Source: a virus. From it: DNA of 64,000 bases. Shown piece after piece: positions 8,898-17,529 of the stretch (its first letter is position 1; every line of letters begins with the position of its first letter). The stretch spans positions 96,001-160,000 of IMG/VR virus record IMGVR_UViG_3300045988_126112, one strand, 5' to 3'. Below the pieces are notes generated by a model. It ran no database searches. It saw only the letters and a list, made by a program, of their open reading frames with translations, and was not told the origin of the DNA. The translations under genes were made by a program, and so were the position numbers.

Positions 8898-9970
8898 TAT
8901 AGTTCACCTCCTATAAATTTTTTATCTTTTTCTATCTTAGATAATGCTATATATAATATACGTTTATCTTGTACGTATTTATCTTTTAAAGCATCAAGTT
9001 TTTGACTGAAAGCTATACTATGTATAGTACTCATTTCAGTTATTTGATTTGTAAGAGCTTTTACATAAAGATTTAATTGATTCATTGAATCATTATCTAA
9101 TGTTGCCTCAGTTCCACCAACAGCACCATCATTAGATTTAACTTTAAATCCACCTGCTGTTCTTTCACTACTAACCATTCTGTCTATTTGTTTTTCTATT
9201 TGTTTATATTGGTTTTCTAATTCTTTTTTAGTCTTTTTAACATTCTTTTCTGTTTCTTTATAGTCTTTCATATCTCTAAAGCATTCCATAACTTTAGCAT
9301 TATCTACAGTAAATATTGAAGTTGAATCCATATTATTTCTAAATAATTCAAATAATTCACTAGAGAAATCTGATTGATATATAGCTCTATCTGGTTGACC
9401 TATAACTTTTCCTCTAAGTTTATCATATTTTTCTCCATCTATTTCATCTTTTACATTTTTATATAATTCTTTTAATTTATCTTTATTTTTTCTATTATCT
9501 GCTCCTAATTGAGATAGATCTAATTTTACAAATTCTGAATTGAATTCAACCAAAGCATCACACACAGGTATATTAGGTTCTATAGTAAATTCATAACCAT
9601 CATAATCAAATTCATGATCTGAATTGAATTTCTTTAAAACGTCTTCTTTCTTTATAAGATATTTTTCAGAGTTTACTATTCTATGAAGTGTAGTTATAAA
9701 ACGTTCAAATAAACTCTTTATATATTTTATAAAACTTTTTATAATATCTTTAATCTTTTGGAAGAAATCAGAAAAGGCTTCATTTACTGCAACAAAATTA
9801 TCAGCTTCATAAATAGCTCTATACATTTCTTTATTGGCTTCTCTATAGGTAGTATTCATCTCTCTAAGATAACCTATAGTATATATAGTTAAAGATCTAT
9901 CTTCTATAGTTTGATTCATTATAGACGATATATCGTTTTCGATAATTAAAGAATTTAATCCTATTCCCAT
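8897..9970 (-). CDS. Paralog-family protein (putative virion, scaffold or internal protein; function unknown)
   Basis: 357 aa. It starts 'MGIGLNS' like the other members ('MGIYS') and has the block 'FFQKIKDIIKSFIKYIKSLFERF'. The sequence is coiled-coil-like and K/E-rich. SD is GAGGAGGT. Confidence 0.7.
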   Translation of the reverse strand: MGIGLNSLIIENDISSIMNQTIEDRSLTIYTIGYLREMNTTYREANKEMYRAIYEADNFVAVNEAFSDFFQKIKDIIKSFIKYIKSLFERFITTLHRIVNSEKYLIKKEDVLKKFNSDHEFDYDGYEFTIEPNIPVCDALVEFNSEFVKLDLSQLGADNRKNKDKLKELYKNVKDEIDGEKYDKLRGKVIGQPDRAIYQSDFSSELFELFRNNMDSTSIFTVDNAKVMECFRDMKDYKETEKNVKKTKKELENQYKQIEKQIDRMVSSERTAGGFKVKSNDGAVGGTEATLDNDSMNQLNLYVKALTNQITEMSTIHSIAFSQKLDALKDKYVQDKRILYIALSKIEKDKKFIGGEL

Positions 9971-9983
9971 TATCTTTGCACCT

Positions 9984-10031
9984 CCTCAAAAAGTAAATAA
10001 AATAGAGATTACCCAAAAGGCAATCTCTATT
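9984..10031 (-). terminator. Intra-operon terminator or attenuator between paralog genes
   Basis: Stem ATAGAGATT/AATCTCTAT, followed on the minus strand by TTTATTTACTTTTT. Confidence 0.6.
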
Positions 10032-10053
10032 TGGGATTTATTTATAAACTAAA

Positions 10054-11172
10054 TTATATTAATCTAAGGTTATCTAATGATGGTATACCATCTTCATTAT
10101 ATGAACTATAATCATCATCATATTCATAAGATTCATTTTTAGCTTTTCTACCTATAAGTTTAACACAAGTAGCTTTATATTGTTTACGTTGATCATTGAA
10201 TGCTGTCATTTTAGCAGCTTCAACTTGTTCTAATATAGTTAAACAGTTAGTAACAACTGTATTACATTTAGATATAACTTGAAGTCTCTTAGAATTAGTA
10301 TTAACTTCATCTTTATCTGTAGGTTTAGGTATTTTAGATAACTCTTTAGAGCATCTTTCTAATTCTTTAATTTGATTTTCACAAGTTTTCTTAGTTGTCT
10401 TAAAGTCATCTTTTATTGTTTTTGAACCTGTTGAAGCATTCATTAAGAATTGAACTATTTCTCCTTTATTTATGTCACTATCATCTAAAGTTATAGCTGA
10501 ATCTTCATCATTTCTTAATTTAGCTCTTAATTCTTTAGCAAATTCGCCAGCATCTAAACCACCAGAAGAACCTATAGCAGCTGCTCTTAATTCTTCTATT
10601 ATATCAGTATCTTCAGATTTTACATCTTTATCTTCTATAGTACTTAATCTATCAGATCTGTAATTAAATGCAATAGCTACAGTTGTTCCACTTAATCCTT
10701 CCATTTTAATAGATACTTTTTTCATAGCATCCAATATAGATTGTGCTCCAGCTACTTTTTCTGGTGTAAATTTATAACCTTTTATTTCAAGGTCTTTTGT
10801 ACTACCAGCCATTATTTGTTTTCTGTATTTATTTACAAAAGCTTTATCATCTTTACCAAAAGATTGCATTTTAGCAAAGAATTTAGTAAATAGAGATTTT
10901 ATTTTTTCCCATATTTTTTTTATTGCAGCTTTTAATTTTTCTATTATACCGCCTGCTCTACCAGCTTCATAAACTATTTCTTGACCAGTAGATTCTAATA
11001 CTGCTAATTCTGAAACACCTATAGTTTTCATTATAGCATTTAAATTTGAGTCTATTTCATAAGTATGTCTAAGAGCTGCTTCGTCAAAGCTATCTTCAAA
11101 TATATCTTCAACTTCTACATCTTCTAAATAAGCAGTTCCTTCATAAGCTTCTTTAACTGAGTATATTCCCAT
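10054..11172 (-). CDS. Paralog-family protein (function unknown)
   Basis: 372 aa with N-terminus 'MGIYSVKEAYEG' and the family block 'AAIKKIWEKIKSLFTKFFAKM'. SD is GGAGGAA. Confidence 0.75.
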   Translation of the reverse strand: MGIYSVKEAYEGTAYLEDVEVEDIFEDSFDEAALRHTYEIDSNLNAIMKTIGVSELAVLESTGQEIVYEAGRAGGIIEKLKAAIKKIWEKIKSLFTKFFAKMQSFGKDDKAFVNKYRKQIMAGSTKDLEIKGYKFTPEKVAGAQSILDAMKKVSIKMEGLSGTTVAIAFNYRSDRLSTIEDKDVKSEDTDIIEELRAAAIGSSGGLDAGEFAKELRAKLRNDEDSAITLDDSDINKGEIVQFLMNASTGSKTIKDDFKTTKKTCENQIKELERCSKELSKIPKPTDKDEVNTNSKRLQVISKCNTVVTNCLTILEQVEAAKMTAFNDQRKQYKATCVKLIGRKAKNESYEYDDDYSSYNEDGIPSLDNLRLI

Positions 11173-11198
11173 TATAATTTCCTCCTTTTTTATATAAA

Positions 11199-12344
11199 TT
11201 AAAATTCATAGTTTTCAAACATTTCATTTATTTCATATTCAGCTGCTTCTTCTACAGCATCTAAATATGTAGCTTCATTTTTAGCTTTATCATTATATGA
11301 TACAGCTTTAGCAAATACTCTTCTTGATTGAGATATTTTGAATTTATGTTCATTTAAGAAACAAGCAACTACTCTATTATGAACATTTTCAAGTGTACTT
11401 ATACAAGTTTGTACTACTCCACTAACATTTAATGAATCAGTTACTTGTTGAGCATCAACAATTTTCTTTTTACTACCTCCACCATCAGTATCTGTTGGTA
11501 TAGTTACCATATCACCTTTTTTAGCTTTACCTAATTCTTTAGAGTATGATTCTACTCTTTTTAATACAGCACTAAAATGTTTATCAGTTTTCTTTTGTGC
11601 ATCTGTTATTTCTTTCTTTATTTTATCACCTTGTAAATCTAATATAATAGAAGTTAATCTAGATGAATCTAATCCTTCTTCTGATTCTTCTGAATCAAAA
11701 CACAATTCATGTATTTCTTTAGCAAGATCTTTCATTTCAACATTTTTTAATTTACTACTTATGCATCCTTCTATAAAATAAGATTCCAAATCTCCATCAT
11801 CTATATGTTTCTTCCATGAATCAGCAGTAGATTCGTTATCTAACATACCTAATATAGTAAGTGCTTCTGTTTGTAAAGCAGTACCAGGATCTAAAGCATC
11901 TTTTAATTCTTTAAATCCAGCTAATTCTTGGCTATATTTGTATTTTAATTTACTAAGATTTTTAGTTCTTACTTGACGTTGATATTTTTCAACAAATTTT
12001 TTATTATCTCTTATGATAACTGTATCTAACTTCTTTAAAAAAGTTGAGAAAACACCTTTAATTTTTTCCCATATTTTCTTTATCATTGATTTAAATGCTT
12101 CAAAGAATCCACCTAATGAAGCTTCTGTAAATGCTAATAATTCTTCTTCTGATGCTCCTTCATTAACCATTACAGCTTGATTAAAATCTCTAGCTATACC
12201 AGCTTCAAATATAGCATGATTATTTCTTTCCATGTCTATAAGAGCATTATAACAACCTAATGTACCAACATAAGATTCATCTGCTACTATTTCTTCTCCT
12301 GAATAATAATTTAATCCAGTTCTATTTGATGAGTATATTCCCAT
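11199..12344 (-). CDS. Paralog-family protein (function unknown)
   Basis: 381 aa starting 'MGIYSS...'. It has long stretches identical at the nucleotide level to the next gene (11934-12166 = 13131-13363). Confidence 0.8.
   Translation of the reverse strand: MGIYSSNRTGLNYYSGEEIVADESYVGTLGCYNALIDMERNNHAIFEAGIARDFNQAVMVNEGASEEELLAFTEASLGGFFEAFKSMIKKIWEKIKGVFSTFLKKLDTVIIRDNKKFVEKYQRQVRTKNLSKLKYKYSQELAGFKELKDALDPGTALQTEALTILGMLDNESTADSWKKHIDDGDLESYFIEGCISSKLKNVEMKDLAKEIHELCFDSEESEEGLDSSRLTSIILDLQGDKIKKEITDAQKKTDKHFSAVLKRVESYSKELGKAKKGDMVTIPTDTDGGGSKKKIVDAQQVTDSLNVSGVVQTCISTLENVHNRVVACFLNEHKFKISQSRRVFAKAVSYNDKAKNEATYLDAVEEAAEYEINEMFENYEF
11934..12166 (-). repeat. 233-bp tract 100% identical to 13131-13363 (between adjacent paralogs)
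   Basis: Hand comparison of the two printed stretches found no mismatches from 'atatttgtattttaatttactaag' to 'gatgctccttcattaa'. The flanks diverge immediately. Confidence 0.9.
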
Positions 12345-12386
12345 TATAGTTTCCTCCTTTATTAAGCATAATATTTTATTTTATAG

Positions 12387-13526
12387 TTATAAACAATATT
12401 GTTCAAACATTTCATTTATTTCATATTCAGCTGCTTCTTCTACAGCATCTAAATATACTGATTCATTTTTAGCTTTATCATTATAAGATACAGCTTTAGC
12501 AAATACTTTTCTAGCTTGAGAAATTCTAAATTTATTTTCATTTAAGAAACAAGCAACGGCTCTATTATGAACATTTTCAAGATTATTTATTACAGTTTGA
12601 ATTACTCCAGCATTTTGTAAATAATTAGTAATAGTTTTATTACTAGTTATAGGAATTTTTTTAGATGCATCATCTGGTCTATCTATTTCTATTTTTTTAT
12701 TATTATCATCTATTTTACTTTTAGATAGGTCTTTACTATATCTATCTAAATCTTTTAATATACTTCTAAAGTGTTTATCTACAGATTTTTGTGCTGTTTC
12801 AATATCTTTTTTAGTTTTATCACCTTGAAGTATTATTATTATTTCTGTAAGTCTTGATGAATCTAATCCTTCTTCTGATTCTTCTGAATCGAAACAAATA
12901 TCATGGACTTCTTTTGATAAATCTTTCATTTCAACATTTTTAAGTTTACCACTTATACATTTTTCTATGAAGTATTCATTTAATTCATCTTTTTCAAGCA
13001 TATCTTTATAAAAAGTTAATGAACCAAACCAGTTAGCAAAGCCTTTCATAACATTATCTGCTTCATCTTTAAATTTATCTTTTGTTGTTAAAGAATCTTT
13101 TATATCGTTAAATCCTTCTAATTGCTTACAATATTTGTATTTTAATTTACTAAGATTTTTAGTTCTTACTTGACGTTGATATTTTTCAACAAATTTTTTA
13201 TTATCTCTTATGATAACTGTATCTAACTTCTTTAAAAAAGTTGAGAAAACACCTTTAATTTTTTCCCATATTTTCTTTATCATTGATTTAAATGCTTCAA
13301 AGAATCCACCTAATGAAGCTTCTGTAAATGCTAATAATTCTTCTTCTGATGCTCCTTCATTAATCATTGTAGCTTCTTGAAAATCTCTAGCTATATTATA
13401 CTCAAATATAGCACGATTATTTCTTTCCATATCTATAAGAGCATTATAACAACCTAATGTACCAACATAAGATTCATTAGCTTGCACATCATATTCTGAT
13501 TCCATATGTCTTGAATATATTCCCAA
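12387..13526 (-). CDS. Paralog-family protein (function unknown); probable TTG start
   Basis: The track start (GTG 13535) lies inside the SD. TTG at 13526 is 8 nt after TAGGAGG and gives 'MGIYSRHM...', which matches the N-termini of the paralogs. Confidence 0.75.
   Translation of the reverse strand: MGIYSRHMESEYDVQANESYVGTLGCYNALIDMERNNRAIFEYNIARDFQEATMINEGASEEELLAFTEASLGGFFEAFKSMIKKIWEKIKGVFSTFLKKLDTVIIRDNKKFVEKYQRQVRTKNLSKLKYKYCKQLEGFNDIKDSLTTKDKFKDEADNVMKGFANWFGSLTFYKDMLEKDELNEYFIEKCISGKLKNVEMKDLSKEVHDICFDSEESEEGLDSSRLTEIIIILQGDKTKKDIETAQKSVDKHFRSILKDLDRYSKDLSKSKIDDNNKKIEIDRPDDASKKIPITSNKTITNYLQNAGVIQTVINNLENVHNRAVACFLNENKFRISQARKVFAKAVSYNDKAKNESVYLDAVEEAAEYEINEMFEQYCL
13131..13363 (-). 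repeat. 233-bp tract 100% identical to 11934-12166
   Basis: See the partner entry. The offset is 1,197 bp, consistent with tandem duplication plus gene conversion. Confidence 0.9.
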
Positions 13527-13538
13527 TTTTAGCACCTC

Positions 13539-14564
13539 CTAAAAAATTGATGAAGCAACTGAATCTGGCATTGAATCTACCAAATCATCTGCTTTATATT
13601 TCTTTGTGTTATCACTTTTAACTTCTCTTGAAGCTTTTACTTCACTTTGTTTATTATCTATTGCTATTTTATTAGCAACTTTATCAAAGAAATTAGCAAT
13701 TGCATATTGCTTTTTAGATATTTCTTTTCTTTCTTTAGCTTTCATTCCAGGATTTGTTTCTACAGCTTGAGCATTTATTTTTAATAATTCAGATTGTATA
13801 TAGAAATAATCTGAAACTTGAGTTCTAGTATGGAAGAAGAAGTATACTAATTCTCTCATTATCGGAAGTATATTTGTAGCTAATAAAGTTAAAGCTACTA
13901 CAGCAGCAACACCTGCAACTGAAGTTGAAACACCTAAAAGATTTTTACTAGCTTGAGATATTACATATTCCATTGATTTATCAAAATCACCTTTCTTACA
14001 GCATTGATTGAATTTAGCTAAGTTATTTAAAACTAAATTATCTTTAGTTTTATTAACAGCTATTTTATCAACTACAGCTTCATATGAATCTCCATTAGGA
14101 ATTTTAATAAATTCAACACAAGTAGATATTAAATATGAATTAGCTTGTATAACAGCTAAAGTCATTGTAGAATACATTACCATCGGTAATTCGATACTTA
14201 ATTTAAAAGCTTTTTCAAACAATTCTCTTCTTGAACGTATATTATCTAAAGCTTCCAATACTGTATCTACTGGATTAGCTTTTTGACCATATTGTGATAA
14301 TAAAGATTTCATTACATCTAAACTATCAACCAATTGTTCATAATTACTAAGCTTAGTAATATCACCTTTAGTTTCTGGTATATCACCAAAATCTATATCA
14401 TCAATCTTATTGATGATATGGTCATAAAGTCTACTAGTTAATGATGCTAATATTTGAGATTGGTCTTCTTCATTTACATTAAGCATTATAGTTCTAGTAT
14501 CTTTATCATCTAAATCAAAATGCTCTTTTAATATTTGATCATATTCCTTAGTCATATAAGCCAT
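13539..14564 (-). CDS. Hypothetical protein with one internal transmembrane-like segment
   Basis: 341 aa with SD GGAGGTG. Hydrophobic stretch 'GVSTSVAGVAAVVALTLLATNILPI'. The stop TAG overlaps the SD of the downstream gene. Confidence 0.75.
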   Translation of the reverse strand: MAYMTKEYDQILKEHFDLDDKDTRTIMLNVNEEDQSQILASLTSRLYDHIINKIDDIDFGDIPETKGDITKLSNYEQLVDSLDVMKSLLSQYGQKANPVDTVLEALDNIRSRRELFEKAFKLSIELPMVMYSTMTLAVIQANSYLISTCVEFIKIPNGDSYEAVVDKIAVNKTKDNLVLNNLAKFNQCCKKGDFDKSMEYVISQASKNLLGVSTSVAGVAAVVALTLLATNILPIMRELVYFFFHTRTQVSDYFYIQSELLKINAQAVETNPGMKAKERKEISKKQYAIANFFDKVANKIAIDNKQSEVKASREVKSDNTKKYKADDLVDSMPDSVASSIF

Positions 14565-14641
14565 TTTATCACCTCCACCTTAATATTCTGTTATTATTTA
14601 TATTCCATTTCTATTTAATCAAAAAATAAACTTTCTATATA

Positions 14642-15943
14642 TTATCGCATTTTAGTCATAAGAGTTATCATTTTTCTGAAATCATTATCACTAGATTCTC
14701 TTTCTAGTGATCTAAATGAAAGTCTCTCATAAACATCATTACCAGTATCATAAATGAAGTCACATACTTCATTTAATTCATCTACTATAACAACAGACAT
14801 TAAATTGTAAGATTCCATTATAGGTCTTATTACTCTAGGATTATCTATATGAACATTGTAATTCTTTTTAAGATATTGTACTTCTTCTTGAGAAACTACT
14901 AATGTAGTTATAGCACTAGCATCATTTGGTTGACCTAAAGTTCTTCTTATTTTAGATTTCAAAGAACGTCTTTCTAATACTTTCCATAATTTAGAACTTG
15001 AACCTCTACGTGATTGAGATAAAGCATCTATTTTTGCTTTATCAATAGCAAATAAGAAATCTTTAACAAAAGATATTTCTCTTGTAGTAGCTCTTATGAA
15101 TTTTAAAAATCCATTATTATCTACATTTTTAGAGTATAATCTTTCTACTACATCCATAGAATCTATAGGATATAGTTTTGCTTTTACACCTATAACTAAT
15201 CTATTTTGTATAGGCATTCCATCAGTATTAGTAACAAAGTTTACTATCATTACAGTTGGTACTAATTCATTAGCTTTTTTAACATCTGAATCCATTAATT
15301 GATTTCTAAGAATATCAACATGATTTTTTGAACCTTTAAAATCCATATCTAAATAACGTTCTTCATCATAGTCTATAGGAGGAGCTTCATATAATATAGC
15401 ACTTTGACTACCATCATATTTTGAAGCTACTATCTTATAATTTTCTAATGAAATATTATTTACTGATTCTGGAAGTACATAACTTATATTATGTTTAAAA
15501 TCTTCTTTAAGCAAATCAAGTTTTTCTCTATATTCAATTGGATTGATATTAGCATTTTCATCTGCAGCTGACATTATTAAGTCATCCATTAAATTCATAA
15601 AACTATCAACAGACATTTTATCGTCTATTTTTAGATTAGTATGGAATTTCTTAATATAATCTAATCCATTATTAGTATTATTTACTGATATAGCAGAAAA
15701 AAGCATCTGTAACATAGATACAGCTTTACGTTCAACAGCTTTAGCTACCATTGTTGCATTTTCTACACTTATGTTTCTAACTGTCGCTACTGGAAAGACT
15801 AATGTTAATGCATCTGAAGCATGCGAAATAGATTTGAAACTGTCATTAGCAGTCATACCCTTAATGTAATCTGATTTTCTAACATCATTTATAACGTCTA
15901 TAATATCTCTTATAACTGTTTCATGTATTATATCATTTGACAT
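14642..15943 (-). CDS. Hypothetical protein (virion-module position)
   Basis: 433-aa ORF with strong SD AAAGGAGGT. I recognised no motif. Confidence 0.75.
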   Translation of the reverse strand: MSNDIIHETVIRDIIDVINDVRKSDYIKGMTANDSFKSISHASDALTLVFPVATVRNISVENATMVAKAVERKAVSMLQMLFSAISVNNTNNGLDYIKKFHTNLKIDDKMSVDSFMNLMDDLIMSAADENANINPIEYREKLDLLKEDFKHNISYVLPESVNNISLENYKIVASKYDGSQSAILYEAPPIDYDEERYLDMDFKGSKNHVDILRNQLMDSDVKKANELVPTVMIVNFVTNTDGMPIQNRLVIGVKAKLYPIDSMDVVERLYSKNVDNNGFLKFIRATTREISFVKDFLFAIDKAKIDALSQSRRGSSSKLWKVLERRSLKSKIRRTLGQPNDASAITTLVVSQEEVQYLKKNYNVHIDNPRVIRPIMESYNLMSVVIVDELNEVCDFIYDTGNDVYERLSFRSLERESSDNDFRKMITLMTKMR

Positions 15944-15997
15944 TAATCATACCTCCTTTAATAATATTTTAATATAATGTTAAAAAGACAAAAAATA

Positions 15998-16027
15998 AAA
16001 GACTTATAAGAAGACTTATTATAATAT
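15998..16027. repeat. Left arm of an imperfect inverted repeat flanking the 78-aa gene
   Basis: 'AAGACTTATAAGAAGACTTATTATAAT'. The reverse complement of the right arm (16338-16363) is 'TGAGACTTATAAGAA---CTTATTATATG', giving 22 matching nt with a 3-nt gap. Confidence 0.7.
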
Positions 16028-16031
16028 TATT

Positions 16032-16268
16032 CTAAAAGTATGTTATTACATATCTCATAGGTTTAATATCATCTTCTTCTCTTTTTGGTTCCTCAATTTT
16101 GTTACATTTATATTCTTCATGTTGTTTTACAGGTTCAACATAATTAGATGTAGTATCATAAGAATAATTACTTTCGTAACTTCTTTGTTTTCTACGTCTA
16201 TTACTTGAAACTGCACTCCTTCTTATATAAGTGTAACTACTTTCTGCACATAAGCCTCTATTATACAT
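16032..16268 (-). CDS. Small basic Ser/Tyr/Arg-rich protein
   Basis: 78 aa with good SD (AAGGGAGGA, 8 nt from the ATG). The motif-like promoter lies upstream at 16362-16379. Inverted repeats flank the gene. Confidence 0.6.
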   Translation of the reverse strand: MYNRGLCAESSYTYIRRSAVSSNRRRKQRSYESNYSYDTTSNYVEPVKQHEEYKCNKIEEPKREEDDIKPMRYVITYF

Positions 16269-16337
16269 ATTAAATTCCTCCCTTTATTCGATCGTATTTG
16301 ATATTTAAACATTAAGTTGGAGGTCGGAATTTTATTA

Positions 16338-16363
16338 CATATAATAAGTTCTTATAAGTCTCA
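16338..16363. repeat. Right arm of the inverted repeat flanking the 78-aa gene
   Basis: 'CATATAATAAGTTCTTATAAGTCTCA'. It contains the palindrome CTTATAAG, as does the left arm. Confidence 0.7.
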
Positions 16364-16379
16364 CTATTATAATATATAA
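16362..16379 (-). promoter_or_regulatory. Conserved promoter-like motif, minus-strand variant
   Basis: The reverse complement reads 'TTATATATTATAATAGTG' (C to T at position 2). It lies upstream of the 78-aa gene in the divergent region. Confidence 0.45.
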
Positions 16380-16431
16380 ATGAAATTTGATTTAATAGAA
16401 TAACACTAATATAATTTGAAAGGATGTGATT

Positions 16432-17529
16432 ATGATGGCTAAAACCAAGAAGAATAAAAAAGATGACGAATTAATTAAATTATCTAGAGAGTCTAAAATA
16501 CAATCCAGTATAGATAAAAATGGTAACGTCTTACATTTAGGGAAAAGTGGCTATCTTAAAGAGACTGGAGCTTTAGATAATAAGACATTAACAGAGATAC
16601 AGCAAGCTGATTTTATACAAAATTCTTCAGATATGAATTGGCTTACTAGATTTAATAGGTTAAGTTATTTGGACCCATATAATACTTTAACTCATAATAA
16701 AGAATATATATTTATAACTAAACCAGACTTACATTTATTTGAAGGTAAAAGTAGTAGTGCTTTAAATAGTGAAATAAAAGATAATACTTATTTTTTAGAC
16801 ATGTTTGAAAGATATAGACATGTAATGAAACAACTACAATATTCTGTAAATACTTCTAATCCTTATTTATGTATACTTTCTAATTCAGTAGCATCATCTA
16901 TTGAATTACCTTCTATAAATAGTTTGGAATCAGAATCTCCAGAGAATTTATATGGAGATAAAATATCATATAGACATGGCTCTGCAGCTGGAGATGTTGG
17001 ATTTGAATTCTCTTTAGAATTTTATGAAACTAAAAATTTGGAAATATATAATCTATTTAAAATGTGGGATAAATACTATGAATTAAAATCAAATGGAAGA
17101 ATCACTCCTCCAGATGATTCATATATTTTAAATATGGAATTACATGATCAAGTATCTATATATAAGATAATAGTAGGTGAAGATTATGAAACTATATTAT
17201 TCTATGCTAAATATTATGGTGTATATCCAAAAAGTTTACCTAGAGATAGCTTTGGTTCATTAGATGATGGGAATTTAAAACTAAGTGTAGATTTTAAATC
17301 TTCATTTGTTATAGATAATGACCCACTAATATTAGCTGATTTAAATAAGATATCTTATGGAGATAAAACTGGTAGTGTTGAATTAGAAAGTTTATGGGAT
17401 CATGAAAATGATAGAGTAAATTATAAATGGGTTGGAAAACCATATGTAATCAAATGTAAAGATATAGATAATGGTGAAAACTCAGAAGGAAGTATGGGAA
17501 AATATAAATTGAAATGGGGGAAAAAGTAG
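16432..17529 (+). CDS. Hypothetical virion-module protein
   Basis: ATG 16432 is 8 nt after AAAGGA; the track start GTG 16426 is too close to the SD. Translationally coupled to the next gene (stop TAG, then ATG 17530). Confidence 0.7.
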   Translation: MMAKTKKNKKDDELIKLSRESKIQSSIDKNGNVLHLGKSGYLKETGALDNKTLTEIQQADFIQNSSDMNWLTRFNRLSYLDPYNTLTHNKEYIFITKPDLHLFEGKSSSALNSEIKDNTYFLDMFERYRHVMKQLQYSVNTSNPYLCILSNSVASSIELPSINSLESESPENLYGDKISYRHGSAAGDVGFEFSLEFYETKNLEIYNLFKMWDKYYELKSNGRITPPDDSYILNMELHDQVSIYKIIVGEDYETILFYAKYYGVYPKSLPRDSFGSLDDGNLKLSVDFKSSFVIDNDPLILADLNKISYGDKTGSVELESLWDHENDRVNYKWVGKPYVIKCKDIDNGENSEGSMGKYKLKWGKK

